A stretch of 32,000 nt of DNA from an uncultured bacterium (GCA_963699255.1 OY969425.1:210001-242000), one strand, 5' to 3'. Shown: positions 1 to 8,013, numbered from the stretch's first letter. The notes: generated from the sequence alone by a model not told the origin. Numbers and translations: made by a program.

Positions 1-859
1 ATTGCCTGTGTTCGATATTGCCTTGAGTTGTTAAAGTCATAGCCCTTGTCCATATGCCGTTGATATTGTAGGGGCTTATCATTGAGCCTTTCGGCATACC
101 CGGAAGGTACATAAAGACATGGTCCTGAAATTCCTGGTATCGTTCCTTGCCGAACAGGGGATAAGCCAGGGCTGAAAATTGCTCGTATGAATCGTTCCAT
201 TCAAAGCCGCACGCTCCGCCCATAAAAGCTGCTGCAACGCCCTGACCGCCCGAAAGCCCGCCGTGGACCGTATTATCGTGCCTTGTCGACAGAGTGAAAA
301 TATTCCCTAACGAATAATCGGCTCCGCTTACAATACTTCCGAATATCGTCGCCGCTGCTGTGCTCATGATAGATGATGCCCTTTCTCTGCTTTTAAGCAC
401 CGGAGGGATGGTAAGCGCGGTCATCTTGACCCCTTTAAGCCCGAAATATCCCAGCACCCAGTTGACCGCGGTCCTGTCCTCGAATGTCCCGAAGGGAAGC
501 TCTCCTTTGGTCGTTTTAGTGAAACCGTACGGCAAACTGACGAAGGTGTTCGCCTCAGGATCATCATTGGCTTCAAGCGAGAATCTCCAGCGATAATTGG
601 TCGCAAATGTGCATGTCACGGGATTCACTCCGGACAGAACTCCTTTGTTCGCGATCGCTGCTTTGCACCCCGGAAGATCGACGGATCCGAAAAAATCGAT
701 CCTGCTTGGCATGGTTATGTATATCCTGCCGGTCCCAAGCCACTCCCTTGCCTGCTCCAGAAAGATACGCCCTATTCCATGCAGTTTCCTGCCGTTCAAT
801 CTGCCGTTTTCCAGTCTCTCCGGCACCGGCCCCAGAAAATACGTTTTCCCGATTTCCAA
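1..859 (-). CDS. hypothetical protein, partial (3' end lies beyond window start)
   Basis: Hand translation of the minus strand gives an uninterrupted frame from TTG 859-857 to position 1 (286 codons). AGGAG lies 6 nt upstream of the TTG. It is absent from the ORF track only because no stop lies in the window; the + strand ORFs at 360-1005 are its shadows. Gly-rich segments (ITMPSRIDFFGSVDLPG, HGGLSGGQGVAAAFMGGA) faintly recall phosphotransferase loops (GHMP/ASKHA type), but no family is recognised with confidence. Confidence 0.6.
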   Translation of the reverse strand, partial: MEIGKTYFLGPVPERLENGRLNGRKLHGIGRIFLEQAREWLGTGRIYITMPSRIDFFGSVDLPGCKAAIANKGVLSGVNPVTCTFATNYRWRFSLEANDDPEANTFVSLPYGFTKTTKGELPFGTFEDRTAVNWVLGYFGLKGVKMTALTIPPVLKSRERASSIMSTAAATIFGSIVSGADYSLGNIFTLSTRHDNTVHGGLSGGQGVAAAFMGGACGFEWNDSYEQFSALAYPLFGKERYQEFQDHVFMYLPGMPKGSMISPYNINGIWTRAMTLTTQGNIEHRQ

Positions 860-874
860 ATGTTTCTCCTTGCT

Positions 875-2440
875 CTATTGTTTGTACGTTACTAATTCCA
901 GCGGCGGCCTTGCAAAACCGTAATTGCCGGTTTGCGCGAGCTCCAAATATCCGTCGCCGTAGATCGGCGCGTTGTCCAACAGGTTATAAGCGATCTCACC
1001 TGTAATAAATCCTGTTGTCCTATTTGCGTCTTCCGCTGTCAGGTATTTGAGTCCTAATTTAGCGTAATTCGCCCGGTTAAGCAGGTCGAGCATCGCGGCT
1101 TTCTCTCCGCCCTCACCCAGGGGGAATGCGGCTCCGCCAAGAGAATGGATCTTATCGATGAAAGCCTTTTGTCCTTCATTCCCGTGATACGCGGGGCAGC
1201 ATTTCCATCTTCTAATGGAATGTTCCCTGTAAGCTTTCGCGACTTCCGAAAAATTCAGGCTTCCGCCATTTGAGCCTTCTATGAACGGGGAAACTTCTCT
1301 GCCGGTTATTTCAAATTGATCCATATATACATTGTTAAATGCAGGATCATCGGCCTGTCTGCACCAAGTATCGTTTATAGGAGCTCTTTTCACGTTTTCA
1401 GCAGGCCTGTTGAAAAGTACAAGATGCATGTTATCTTTAATGTTGCGGTGATGACCTTGAAGGTCCAGGCGTCTTGCCATGCCGCCGAATATTCCGGGAG
1501 CGTTCATGATAGATAAATGGCCTCCTGATACTACCTGTTGGGCTTCCTGGAATCCGGTTTCCCTGTCGAATTTATATTTTTCAATATATCCGCCCTGGCT
1601 GAATATAGTCCCAAGGTCCGCGCCCGTATTCAGAAGAAAATGCAGGCTTGTTAATGACTTGAACACCAGAAGATTTGACATTCCCATTCCGCCGAGAGCG
1701 GTCAAGGGATTATAATCGGTCATATGAAGTGCAAGGCCTGAAAGGCCTGCCTGAGAATACAAGTACGGGAATACATATGAAAGAGGGGCCGGTTGAAAGT
1801 CTCCGCCGTCCTTGGATATCTCGACCATGCCTCTGCTGTCAAGTCGGAATTTGTCGGTCTTTCTGTTGAAAGTTACCTGTTCTTTCATGAATTTCCCAGC
1901 GTCATAGACCAGAGTATCCGGATCATCAGATACTGTGATTTTAAAAGTAGGGCCAAAATCGCATCCCAAGATCGAACATCCCGGAAGGTTCAGAAGATTT
2001 TTCATCGATGGGTCCATCATATCAGTTTCGGTGATGCTGAATCCGGTTTTCCAGAGATTGGCGTATACTAAGTTTGCCATCGATCTAAGGTCATATGACG
2101 ATCTCATGTCAAAAAGCCTCTGCGAGAGTTGTAATGACAGGGGAGATGATAATGTTTTAACATCCTGCATGATCCTTTTAGCGGTAGCAGGATCTGCCGC
2201 TTTGATATCAAGGCCTTCTTTGATCCTTATTTTCCCCGTGTATATATCATTCATGATACTGGCGGCTAATTTCGGAGATGTGATCTTAAATCCTCCTTGT
2301 TCGGTCGCTTTTACTTTACAAAATCCTATTTCCTTCAATATCGGGTCTTGAAATGCATTCCAATACAGAGTCAAAGCCTTAAATTGCCCTGGCGGGGTCT
2401 TTAACCCTTTGAACTTTGTCCCTTCAATCTTGATAGCCAT
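875..2440 (-). CDS. hypothetical protein, 521 aa, no family recognised
   Basis: Long ORF with a strong SD (AAAGGAGGAAAAGAAA-ATG). No signal peptide or TM segment is apparent. Gly-rich patches (LGGMGMSNLL, SGGHLSIMNAPGIFGGMA, LGGAAFPLGEGGEKAAML) are present, but I cannot assign a known domain. Confidence 0.75.
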   Translation of the reverse strand: MAIKIEGTKFKGLKTPPGQFKALTLYWNAFQDPILKEIGFCKVKATEQGGFKITSPKLAASIMNDIYTGKIRIKEGLDIKAADPATAKRIMQDVKTLSSPLSLQLSQRLFDMRSSYDLRSMANLVYANLWKTGFSITETDMMDPSMKNLLNLPGCSILGCDFGPTFKITVSDDPDTLVYDAGKFMKEQVTFNRKTDKFRLDSRGMVEISKDGGDFQPAPLSYVFPYLYSQAGLSGLALHMTDYNPLTALGGMGMSNLLVFKSLTSLHFLLNTGADLGTIFSQGGYIEKYKFDRETGFQEAQQVVSGGHLSIMNAPGIFGGMARRLDLQGHHRNIKDNMHLVLFNRPAENVKRAPINDTWCRQADDPAFNNVYMDQFEITGREVSPFIEGSNGGSLNFSEVAKAYREHSIRRWKCCPAYHGNEGQKAFIDKIHSLGGAAFPLGEGGEKAAMLDLLNRANYAKLGLKYLTAEDANRTTGFITGEIAYNLLDNAPIYGDGYLELAQTGNYGFARPPLELVTYKQ

Positions 2441-2468
2441 TTTCTTTTCCTCCTTTTATTTTATATCA

Positions 2469-2495
2469 TTGACCCGTTATTATTTTATAGGTCAA
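2469..2495. promoter_or_regulatory. perfect inverted repeat TTGACC-N15-GGTCAA next to a TGaTATAAA extended -10 for the 521-aa gene
   Basis: Read directly: ttgacc cgttattattttata ggtcaa. On the minus strand it is followed immediately by TGATATAAAAT, then the SD and ATG at 2440. The operator role is inferred. Confidence 0.35.
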
Positions 2496-2670
2496 CATGA
2501 AATTCTTTTCCAGGCCATTTTCCCCATTGTCCGTTATCGCTTGTATTATGCCGATCTTTTCACTGTCCGACGCGCCTTCCGTCGCGAAACGTATCGAAAC
2601 ATAGTTGGCCAGAAGCCATGTTAGCCAGGCGTGTGTGGCATCCGGGCCTGCTCCAGCCTTTATTATCCTT

Positions 2671-3624
2671 TCAAGTACAGGGATATTCGTTCTGGTCGGG
2701 ATTAACAGCGAAAATTATCGCATTTTCATCTTTGATCACCGGGAGATCGTTCCCCACATGGCTGCCCTTCATATATACGGAATCGCCAAAATACAACAGC
2801 GTTGATATCCCAAGCTCATTTCTGAAGTGTCTCGTCCCGTTGTCTTTTGCGGCCGATAAATGGTTGATGTCAATGGAGAATTGCCCGCCGGGTTCGAATC
2901 TGTATCGTTCGAATATCTCATGCGGTATATTTTCTGACGCCGCCAGAATGACATCTTCGCGCACATCTCCCGGAACAGCCACCCAGCTTAACTGCGTCTT
3001 ATTTCTAACCTCAAAAATAGGGGTGTATGTATGATATAATTCATTGCGTCCGCCGCTGGGACGAATGATGTATGGCTCTTCTCTGTGCATAAAATCCGGT
3101 CCAATTGCGGATTGTATCGGCGTCTTAAAAGCTTTCTCGATCGCGAAAATGTGATCGTCAGGGAATAAATATTGCTTGGCATATTCTTCGCTTACATCCC
3201 CAAGTATTTGTCCAAATTTGTCATAAACTTCAAGCCATGTTGAATTTTGCGCGTACGCGCGAAACCGTTCCATAGCATCAAGCTTGCTGAATCTTTCTAA
3301 TCTTTCGCGGTACCCCTTAACGCACAATAAATCGATATATGAAGGCTTGTTGCCGGTGAAAATGCCGATAGGCAGCCCGATCATGCCAAGTGCAGCCATG
3401 GGATCGATTACCCTGCTCCTGTCAATTTGAAGCGATGGAAAATACCTTTTTATTTCATCAGTGTTTACCATTGTGCGGTCAAAATCCATTCCGAGGCCAA
3501 ACCTATTAGCCTTTATATCATTGATTATCCTATTGTGAATATGGGGGGGCAATCTGAACGGACCCATATTATTTAGAGGGTGTTTTGTGCACGACCTTTG
3601 TATATCTTCAAATCTTATGCTCAT
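2671..3624 (-). CDS. HAD-superfamily hydrolase-like protein (phosphatase/nucleotidase type)
   Basis: 317 aa. It has the HAD motif I DxDxT (GMDFDRTMV) near residue 47 and a C-terminal GD...GND motif (LYFGDSVYMKGSHVGNDLPV). Substrate is unknown. Confidence 0.6.
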   Translation of the reverse strand: MSIRFEDIQRSCTKHPLNNMGPFRLPPHIHNRIINDIKANRFGLGMDFDRTMVNTDEIKRYFPSLQIDRSRVIDPMAALGMIGLPIGIFTGNKPSYIDLLCVKGYRERLERFSKLDAMERFRAYAQNSTWLEVYDKFGQILGDVSEEYAKQYLFPDDHIFAIEKAFKTPIQSAIGPDFMHREEPYIIRPSGGRNELYHTYTPIFEVRNKTQLSWVAVPGDVREDVILAASENIPHEIFERYRFEPGGQFSIDINHLSAAKDNGTRHFRNELGISTLLYFGDSVYMKGSHVGNDLPVIKDENAIIFAVNPDQNEYPCT

Positions 3625-3721
3625 ATTTTTGCTTTTGTATAACTGTTTATTTATCGGTAATCCGCAGGGGGAATTTCACTTTTAAGAGAAAAACTTCATA
3701 ACTTTTCTGAGGATGTAAAAG

Positions 3722-3752
3722 CCGGACATTCTCTTGCCGGGAGAATATCTGG
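3722..3752. promoter_or_regulatory. imperfect inverted repeat CCGGACATTCTC-N7-GAGAATATCTGG in the divergent HAD / Rrf2 control region
   Basis: 10 of 12 positions are complementary. It lies about 17 nt upstream of the Rrf2 -35 box. The operator role is inferred. Confidence 0.3.
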
Positions 3753-3768
3753 CGAAAAGGTCTTGTAG

Positions 3769-3797
3769 TTGACAAAATCACTCAACAATAGTATTAT
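3769..3797 (+). promoter_or_regulatory. sigma70-type promoter TTGACA-17-TATTAT, 7 nt before the ATG of the Rrf2 gene (leaderless geometry)
   Basis: TTGACA at 3769-3774, a 17-nt spacer, TATTAT at 3792-3797, then ttacgct and ATG at 3805. Confidence 0.55.
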
Positions 3798-3804
3798 TTA
3801 CGCT

Positions 3805-4251
3805 ATGAAGCTGACCTCAAAAGTGCGCTACGCCGTGATCGCGATGTGCGACCTGGCGGTCAATTATGATCCGGACAGACCGGTTCAGGTCAAAGATATC
3901 GCGTTGCGCCAGCATATTTCGGTCCTATATATCGAACAGCTTTTCAACAAGCTTAAAAGGGCGAAGCTGATCAGATCGATACGCGGACCCCGGGGGGGAT
4001 ATGTGCTGGCTGATAAACCTTCAAAGATCAAGATCGGGGACATTTTCAGGGTCGTTGAAGGCCGTATCGCTCTTGTTGGTTGTGTTGACAGGGGGGATGC
4101 CCGGGTAAGCTGTGCTATGTCCGGCCATTGTTCCACGAAACCGTTATGGGCGAAATTGTCCAGGCTCATCGAGAATGTCCTGGATTCGACCACACTGGCT
4201 GACCTTTGCTTGCCTAACCAGGCAGGCAGGAAAGGAGGGGGAGCTGAATGA
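3805..4251 (+). CDS. iscR: Rrf2-family transcriptional regulator (IscR-like)
   Basis: The N-terminus MKLTSKVRYAVIAMCDLA and the wHTH region (IALRQHISVLYIEQLFNKLKRAKLIRSIRGPRGGY) are typical of Rrf2. A Cys cluster (C-x9-C-x5-C: GCVDRGDARVSCAMSGHC) could ligate Fe-S. It heads a nifS-iscU operon. The ORF-track TTG at 3769 is the -35 box, so ATG 3805 is preferred. Confidence 0.85.
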   Translation: MKLTSKVRYAVIAMCDLAVNYDPDRPVQVKDIALRQHISVLYIEQLFNKLKRAKLIRSIRGPRGGYVLADKPSKIKIGDIFRVVEGRIALVGCVDRGDARVSCAMSGHCSTKPLWAKLSRLIENVLDSTTLADLCLPNQAGRKGGGAE

Positions 4252-5408
4252 AGTCTATATATATGGATTATGCGGCAACCACGCCGACACATCCCGAAGT
4301 TCTTGAGGCGATGAAGCCGTATTTTTATGAGATCTTCGGGAATCCTTCAAGCATCCATTCATATGGAAGAGAAGCAAAGAAAGCGATCGATGCCGCGAGG
4401 GATAATATTGCCGGCTTTATCGGGGCAAGATCGGCTGAGATCATATTCACTTCAGGGGGTACCGAATCGGACAACTTCGCTCTTGAAGGCATCGCTTATG
4501 CGAACGAAAAGAAGGGGAATCACATAATATCGACGCCGATCGAGCACCACGCCGTCACGAACTGCCTGGCGTTCCTGAAAAAGAGAGGGTTTGAGGTCAC
4601 ATATGTCCCCGTTGACGGCACGGGACTGGTGGATCCCGAAGATATCAGGAAAGCCATGACAGATAAGACTATCCTTGTATCTGTCATGCACGCGAACAAT
4701 GAGATCGGGACGATCGAACCGATCGCGGAAATAGGGAAGATATGCAGGGAGAGAGGGGTCTATTTCCATACCGACGCGGTCCAGACATTCGGGCATATGC
4801 CGATAAACGTGGCTGAACTGAACATCGACCTTCTTTCGGCTTCCGCTCACAAGCTCTACGGGCCGAAAGGCGTTGGCTTGCTCTATGTTAAAAAAGGCAC
4901 AAAGATCGTTCCGTATCTCCATGGGGGCGAACAGGAAGGCGGAAGAAGGGCTTCAACGGAGAACGTGCCGGGGATCGCGGGATTTGCAAAAGCCGTTGAT
5001 ATCGCAAAAGGAGAAATGAAGGAGCTTGACGGCAGGCTGATAAAGTTAAGGGATAAATTGATCAAAGGTATTCTATCAAATATCGAAGACTCCCGTCTTA
5101 ACGGACATCCGACGAAGAGGCTGTCAAATAACGTCAATGTCAGCATCAGTTATATCGAAGGAGAGTCTATGCTTTTGAGATTGGATATGGAAGGCATAGC
5201 GGGGTCGACCGGATCGGCGTGCAGCTCGGGTTCGCTTGAGCCTTCGCATGTGCTTCTGTCGATCGGGCTGCCGCATGAAGTAGCCCATTCATCGCTAAGG
5301 CTGACACTGGGAAGATGGACGACCGAAAAGGAGATCGATAGGGTTTTGGAAATTTTGCCCGGGATCGTTGCAAAGTTAAGGGAAATGTCGCCCTTAAAAA
5401 GGGAATGA
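4248..5408 (+). CDS. nifS: cysteine desulfurase, class I (NifS/IscS type)
   Basis: 386 aa. It has MDYAATTP at the N-terminus, a PLP-lysine region SASAHKLYGPKG and the active-site loop GSACSSGSLEPSHVL. The ATG overlaps the Rrf2 stop (ATGA) and GGAGGGGGAG lies upstream. Confidence 0.93.
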   Translation: MKSIYMDYAATTPTHPEVLEAMKPYFYEIFGNPSSIHSYGREAKKAIDAARDNIAGFIGARSAEIIFTSGGTESDNFALEGIAYANEKKGNHIISTPIEHHAVTNCLAFLKKRGFEVTYVPVDGTGLVDPEDIRKAMTDKTILVSVMHANNEIGTIEPIAEIGKICRERGVYFHTDAVQTFGHMPINVAELNIDLLSASAHKLYGPKGVGLLYVKKGTKIVPYLHGGEQEGGRRASTENVPGIAGFAKAVDIAKGEMKELDGRLIKLRDKLIKGILSNIEDSRLNGHPTKRLSNNVNVSISYIEGESMLLRLDMEGIAGSTGSACSSGSLEPSHVLLSIGLPHEVAHSSLRLTLGRWTTEKEIDRVLEILPGIVAKLREMSPLKRE

Positions 5409-5530
5409 CAAAATCCAAATGACAAAAATCAAATTAATCGATCAAATTCAAATCAAAGACAAAATGGTTTCTTGATTTGTCATTTATCGATTCATTTGAC
5501 ATTTGATATTGGTCATTTGTTATTTGATTT
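5404..5530. repeat. AT-rich imperfect long hairpin of the AATGACAAA/TTTGTCATT word family, inserted between nifS and iscU
   Basis: Arms 5417-5434 (aaatgacaaaaatcaaat) and 5501-5518 (atttgatattggtcattt) are 16/18 complementary. Inner arms around ATCGAT (5429-5447 vs 5482-5500) and 5451-5477 also pair. The nifS stop TGA is part of the first AATGACAAA word. Confidence 0.7.
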
Positions 5531-5545
5531 ATAAAGGAGGTTTTT

Positions 5546-5965
5546 ATGCCGGGTGGTTATTCAAATAAAGTAATGGATCATTTTGCGCATCCGAGGAACG
5601 TGGGGGTGATTGAGAACCCGTCCGGGGTCGGCAAGGTCGGGAATCCCGTATGCGGGGATATCATGGAGCTTTTCATAAAAGTTGAAAAGGGGAAGATAAC
5701 GGACGCCAAATTCAGGACGTTCGGCTGCGGAGCCGCTATTGCGACAAGTTCAATGGTGACGGAAATGGTAAAAGGAAAGACCATTGAAGAAGCTCTTCAA
5801 TTAACAAATAAAGCTGTTGCGGATGCTCTCGACGGGCTGCCCCCGGTCAAGATGCACTGCTCTGTTCTTGCCGAAGACGCGTTGAGATCCGCCATCGATG
5901 ATTACTTAAAGAAAACAACAGGAAAGGGGCTTCCGGGGTTCAAACCGCATGAAGAGCACGATTAA
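5546..5965 (+). CDS. iscU: Fe-S cluster assembly scaffold IscU/NifU (N-domain type)
   Basis: 139 aa with the three scaffold Cys contexts GNPVCGD, FGCGAAIA and MHCSVLA. AAGGAGG lies 7 nt upstream. Confidence 0.93.
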   Translation: MPGGYSNKVMDHFAHPRNVGVIENPSGVGKVGNPVCGDIMELFIKVEKGKITDAKFRTFGCGAAIATSSMVTEMVKGKTIEEALQLTNKAVADALDGLPPVKMHCSVLAEDALRSAIDDYLKKTTGKGLPGFKPHEEHD

Positions 5966-7013
5966 CCATGCCTGCCGGCAGGCAGGAAAAGTTGTCATCG
6001 CCATGTCCGGCGGAGTGGACAGTTCTGTTGCCGCGGCTCTGCTCAAGGATGCGGGCTATGATGTTATTGGAATCACCATGCAGATCTGGTCCGGCAAGAA
6101 GGACGGCAGCTGCTGCTCTTTGTCCGCGGTAGAGGATGCCCGAAGGGTCGCTAACAAGCTCGGCATCCCTTATTACGTACTGAATTTCAAGCAAATATTC
6201 AAACGCACGGTCATCGATGATTTTATTTCCGAGTATGACAGGGGCAGGACGCCGAACCCGTGCGTACGCTGCAACCGGTACGTCAAATTCGGCGCTCTGC
6301 TGAAGAGAGTGAAAGAACTTGGAGCGGATCATATCGCAACAGGTCATTATGCGAGGATCGAAAAAACAAATGACAGGTATATCCTTAAGAAAGGCGTCGA
6401 TCCCAAAAAAGATCAATCATATTTTCTTTATCCCCTGGGCCAGGAAGCTTTATCAAAGACTATTTTTCCCGTGGGGCATCTTACAAAGAATGAGGTAAGA
6501 AAGCTGGCTAAAAAGTTCGGTCTTCAGGTCGCCGATAAGAAAGAAAGCCAGGATATCTGCTTCATTGAAGGCGCGATCGGGGACATGTTCCCTCTAAAGG
6601 AAGGCAAAATAATCGATCTGGAAGGCAACATTATCGGTAAACACGAAGGTTACCAGCTATATACTGTGGGGCAGAGAAGAGGGTTAGGGCTTTCAAGGAA
6701 AAATCCCGCCTATGTGGCAAAAATCGACCCGAAAAGGAACGAAATAACGGTCGGCGACAGGGGTGACGTTTTTGGTGATGATTTAACTGCCGTCAAGTTG
6801 AACTGGATCTCCGGGAAACAAGTTCATTCACCAATGAAGGTAATGGCAAAGATCAGGTATAACAGTCCGGAGTCCGAGGCTAAAATTTTGCCTTTATCTC
6901 AAGGGAAAATCAGGGTGACGTTTAATAAGCCTCAATTTGCGATAACCCCCGGCCAATCAGTTGTATTTTATGATGGCGATGTCGTTGTCGGCGGTGGTAT
7001 AATCCAACAATGA
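5949..7013 (+). CDS. mnmA: tRNA-specific 2-thiouridylase MnmA
   Basis: 354 aa. It has the PP-loop AMSGGVDSS, the catalytic region NPCVRCN and ATGHYAR. The start overlaps the iscU end by 17 nt. Confidence 0.93.
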   Translation: MKSTINHACRQAGKVVIAMSGGVDSSVAAALLKDAGYDVIGITMQIWSGKKDGSCCSLSAVEDARRVANKLGIPYYVLNFKQIFKRTVIDDFISEYDRGRTPNPCVRCNRYVKFGALLKRVKELGADHIATGHYARIEKTNDRYILKKGVDPKKDQSYFLYPLGQEALSKTIFPVGHLTKNEVRKLAKKFGLQVADKKESQDICFIEGAIGDMFPLKEGKIIDLEGNIIGKHEGYQLYTVGQRRGLGLSRKNPAYVAKIDPKRNEITVGDRGDVFGDDLTAVKLNWISGKQVHSPMKVMAKIRYNSPESEAKILPLSQGKIRVTFNKPQFAITPGQSVVFYDGDVVVGGGIIQQ

Positions 7014-7015
7014 CC

Positions 7016-7041
7016 AATTAACAATTACACAATGAACAATT
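7016..7041. repeat. half-copy of the AATTAACAAT word element between mnmA and nadA
   Basis: aattaacaattacacaatgaacaatt matches 31462-31485 (aattaacaatgacacaattaacaa) at 22 of 24 positions. Confidence 0.6.
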
Positions 7042-7944
7042 ATGGAAGATATAATTAGTAAAATAAACAAGTTGAAGAAAGAAAAAAACGCAGTGATACT
7101 GGCTCATAATTACCAGCTGCCGGAGATCCAGGACATCGCTGATTTTGTGGGGGATTCGCTGGGGCTCTCCATAGAAGCGTCCAAAACCGATGCCGAGATG
7201 ATAGTTTTCTGCGGAGTGAACTTTATGGCGGAGACCGCAGCCATAATATGCCCCGATAAGAAAATTGTTATACCCGATGTGAACGCCGGATGCCCGATGG
7301 CCGATATGATAAAAGTGCAGGACGTCAGAAGGCTGAAGGCCCAACATCCCGGCCATGTTGTTGTTGCTTACATAAATACGACGGCTGATGTAAAGGCGGA
7401 ATCGGATTACTGCTGCACTTCCGGGAACGCAGTAAAAGTGGTCGAAAAGCTGCTGGACAAAGAGATCATTTTTATCCCCGACAAATATCTCGGGGATTAT
7501 GTCTCAAGGCAGACGGGGAAGAAAATGGTCCTTTTCAATGGATTTTGCCCGATCCACGTAAGGATTCTTCCGGAGCACATCAAACAGGCCAAGCAGCGGC
7601 ATCCGAAAGCGGTCGTTGTTGTCCATCCGGAGTGTTTGCCGGAAGTTGTCGCGATGGCGGATGAAGTCGCATCTACAGGCGGGATGATAAAGTATGTCAA
7701 AGGATCGCCTTCCCAGGAATTCATAATCGGCACAGAGACCGGGATAATATACCGGCTTCAAAAAGAGAATCCATCAAAGAAATTTTATCCGGCCACGGTT
7801 CTGGCGGTATGTCCGAACATGAAAAGGATAACGCTTGAAAAGGTCCTGTGGTCGCTTGAAGAAAATAAGACCAGGATCACGGTATCAGAAGAGACCGCGA
7901 CAAAGGCAAGACTTGCAATAAATCGAATGCTTCATCTGGTATAA
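7042..7944 (+). CDS. nadA: quinolinate synthase NadA
   Basis: 300 aa with ILAHNYQ, FCGVNFMAET, CPMA and VVHPEC motifs characteristic of NadA. Confidence 0.93.
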   Translation: MEDIISKINKLKKEKNAVILAHNYQLPEIQDIADFVGDSLGLSIEASKTDAEMIVFCGVNFMAETAAIICPDKKIVIPDVNAGCPMADMIKVQDVRRLKAQHPGHVVVAYINTTADVKAESDYCCTSGNAVKVVEKLLDKEIIFIPDKYLGDYVSRQTGKKMVLFNGFCPIHVRILPEHIKQAKQRHPKAVVVVHPECLPEVVAMADEVASTGGMIKYVKGSPSQEFIIGTETGIIYRLQKENPSKKFYPATVLAVCPNMKRITLEKVLWSLEENKTRITVSEETATKARLAINRMLHLV

Positions 7945-7970
7945 TGATTCTTGGAAACAAAAGAGAATCT

Positions 7971-8013
7971 CCCCTTACCCCCTTTACTAAAGGGGGTGCG
8001 AGTGAAGCGAGCG
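7971..8013. repeat. GC-rich mini-hairpin CCCCCTTT-ACT-AAAGGGGG (7978-7996) plus a GCGAGTGAAGCGAGCGG word
   Basis: Perfect 8-bp stem. It is related to the hairpins at 15194-15214 and 23663-23683. The adjacent word is the approximate reverse complement of the CTCGCTT... words at 15174, 19086 and 31495. Confidence 0.6.

Noticed and set aside
857-877. In-frame TAG between the 521-aa ORF and the next ORF, considered as stop-codon readthrough or TAG reassignment.
   Set aside because: TAG clearly terminates other genes in the window, such as the acyl ligase at 12117-12119 and GH5 at 28702-28704. The downstream ORF also has a well-spaced AGGAG-TTG initiation site. Separate genes is the simpler reading, and the frame coincidence is noted under the findings.
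360-1005. Plus-strand ORFs of 78, 108 and 132 aa in the ORF track.
   Set aside because: They lie antisense to a continuous minus-strand frame of 286 codons that has its own SD and start. Their sequences are low-complexity and motif-free, so they are shadow ORFs.
2409-2624. 71-aa plus-strand ORF in the HAD / 521-aa spacer.
   Set aside because: It begins inside the 521-aa gene on the opposite strand and has no start signal. Its Phe/Ile/Tyr-rich sequence simply reflects AT-rich promoter DNA.
6995-7003. TGgTATAAT inside the 3' end of mnmA, considered as a separate promoter feature for nadA.
   Set aside because: It is plausible but lies within coding sequence, has no -35, and gives a 31-nt SD-less leader. 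It could be a chance match, so it is mentioned only within a finding.
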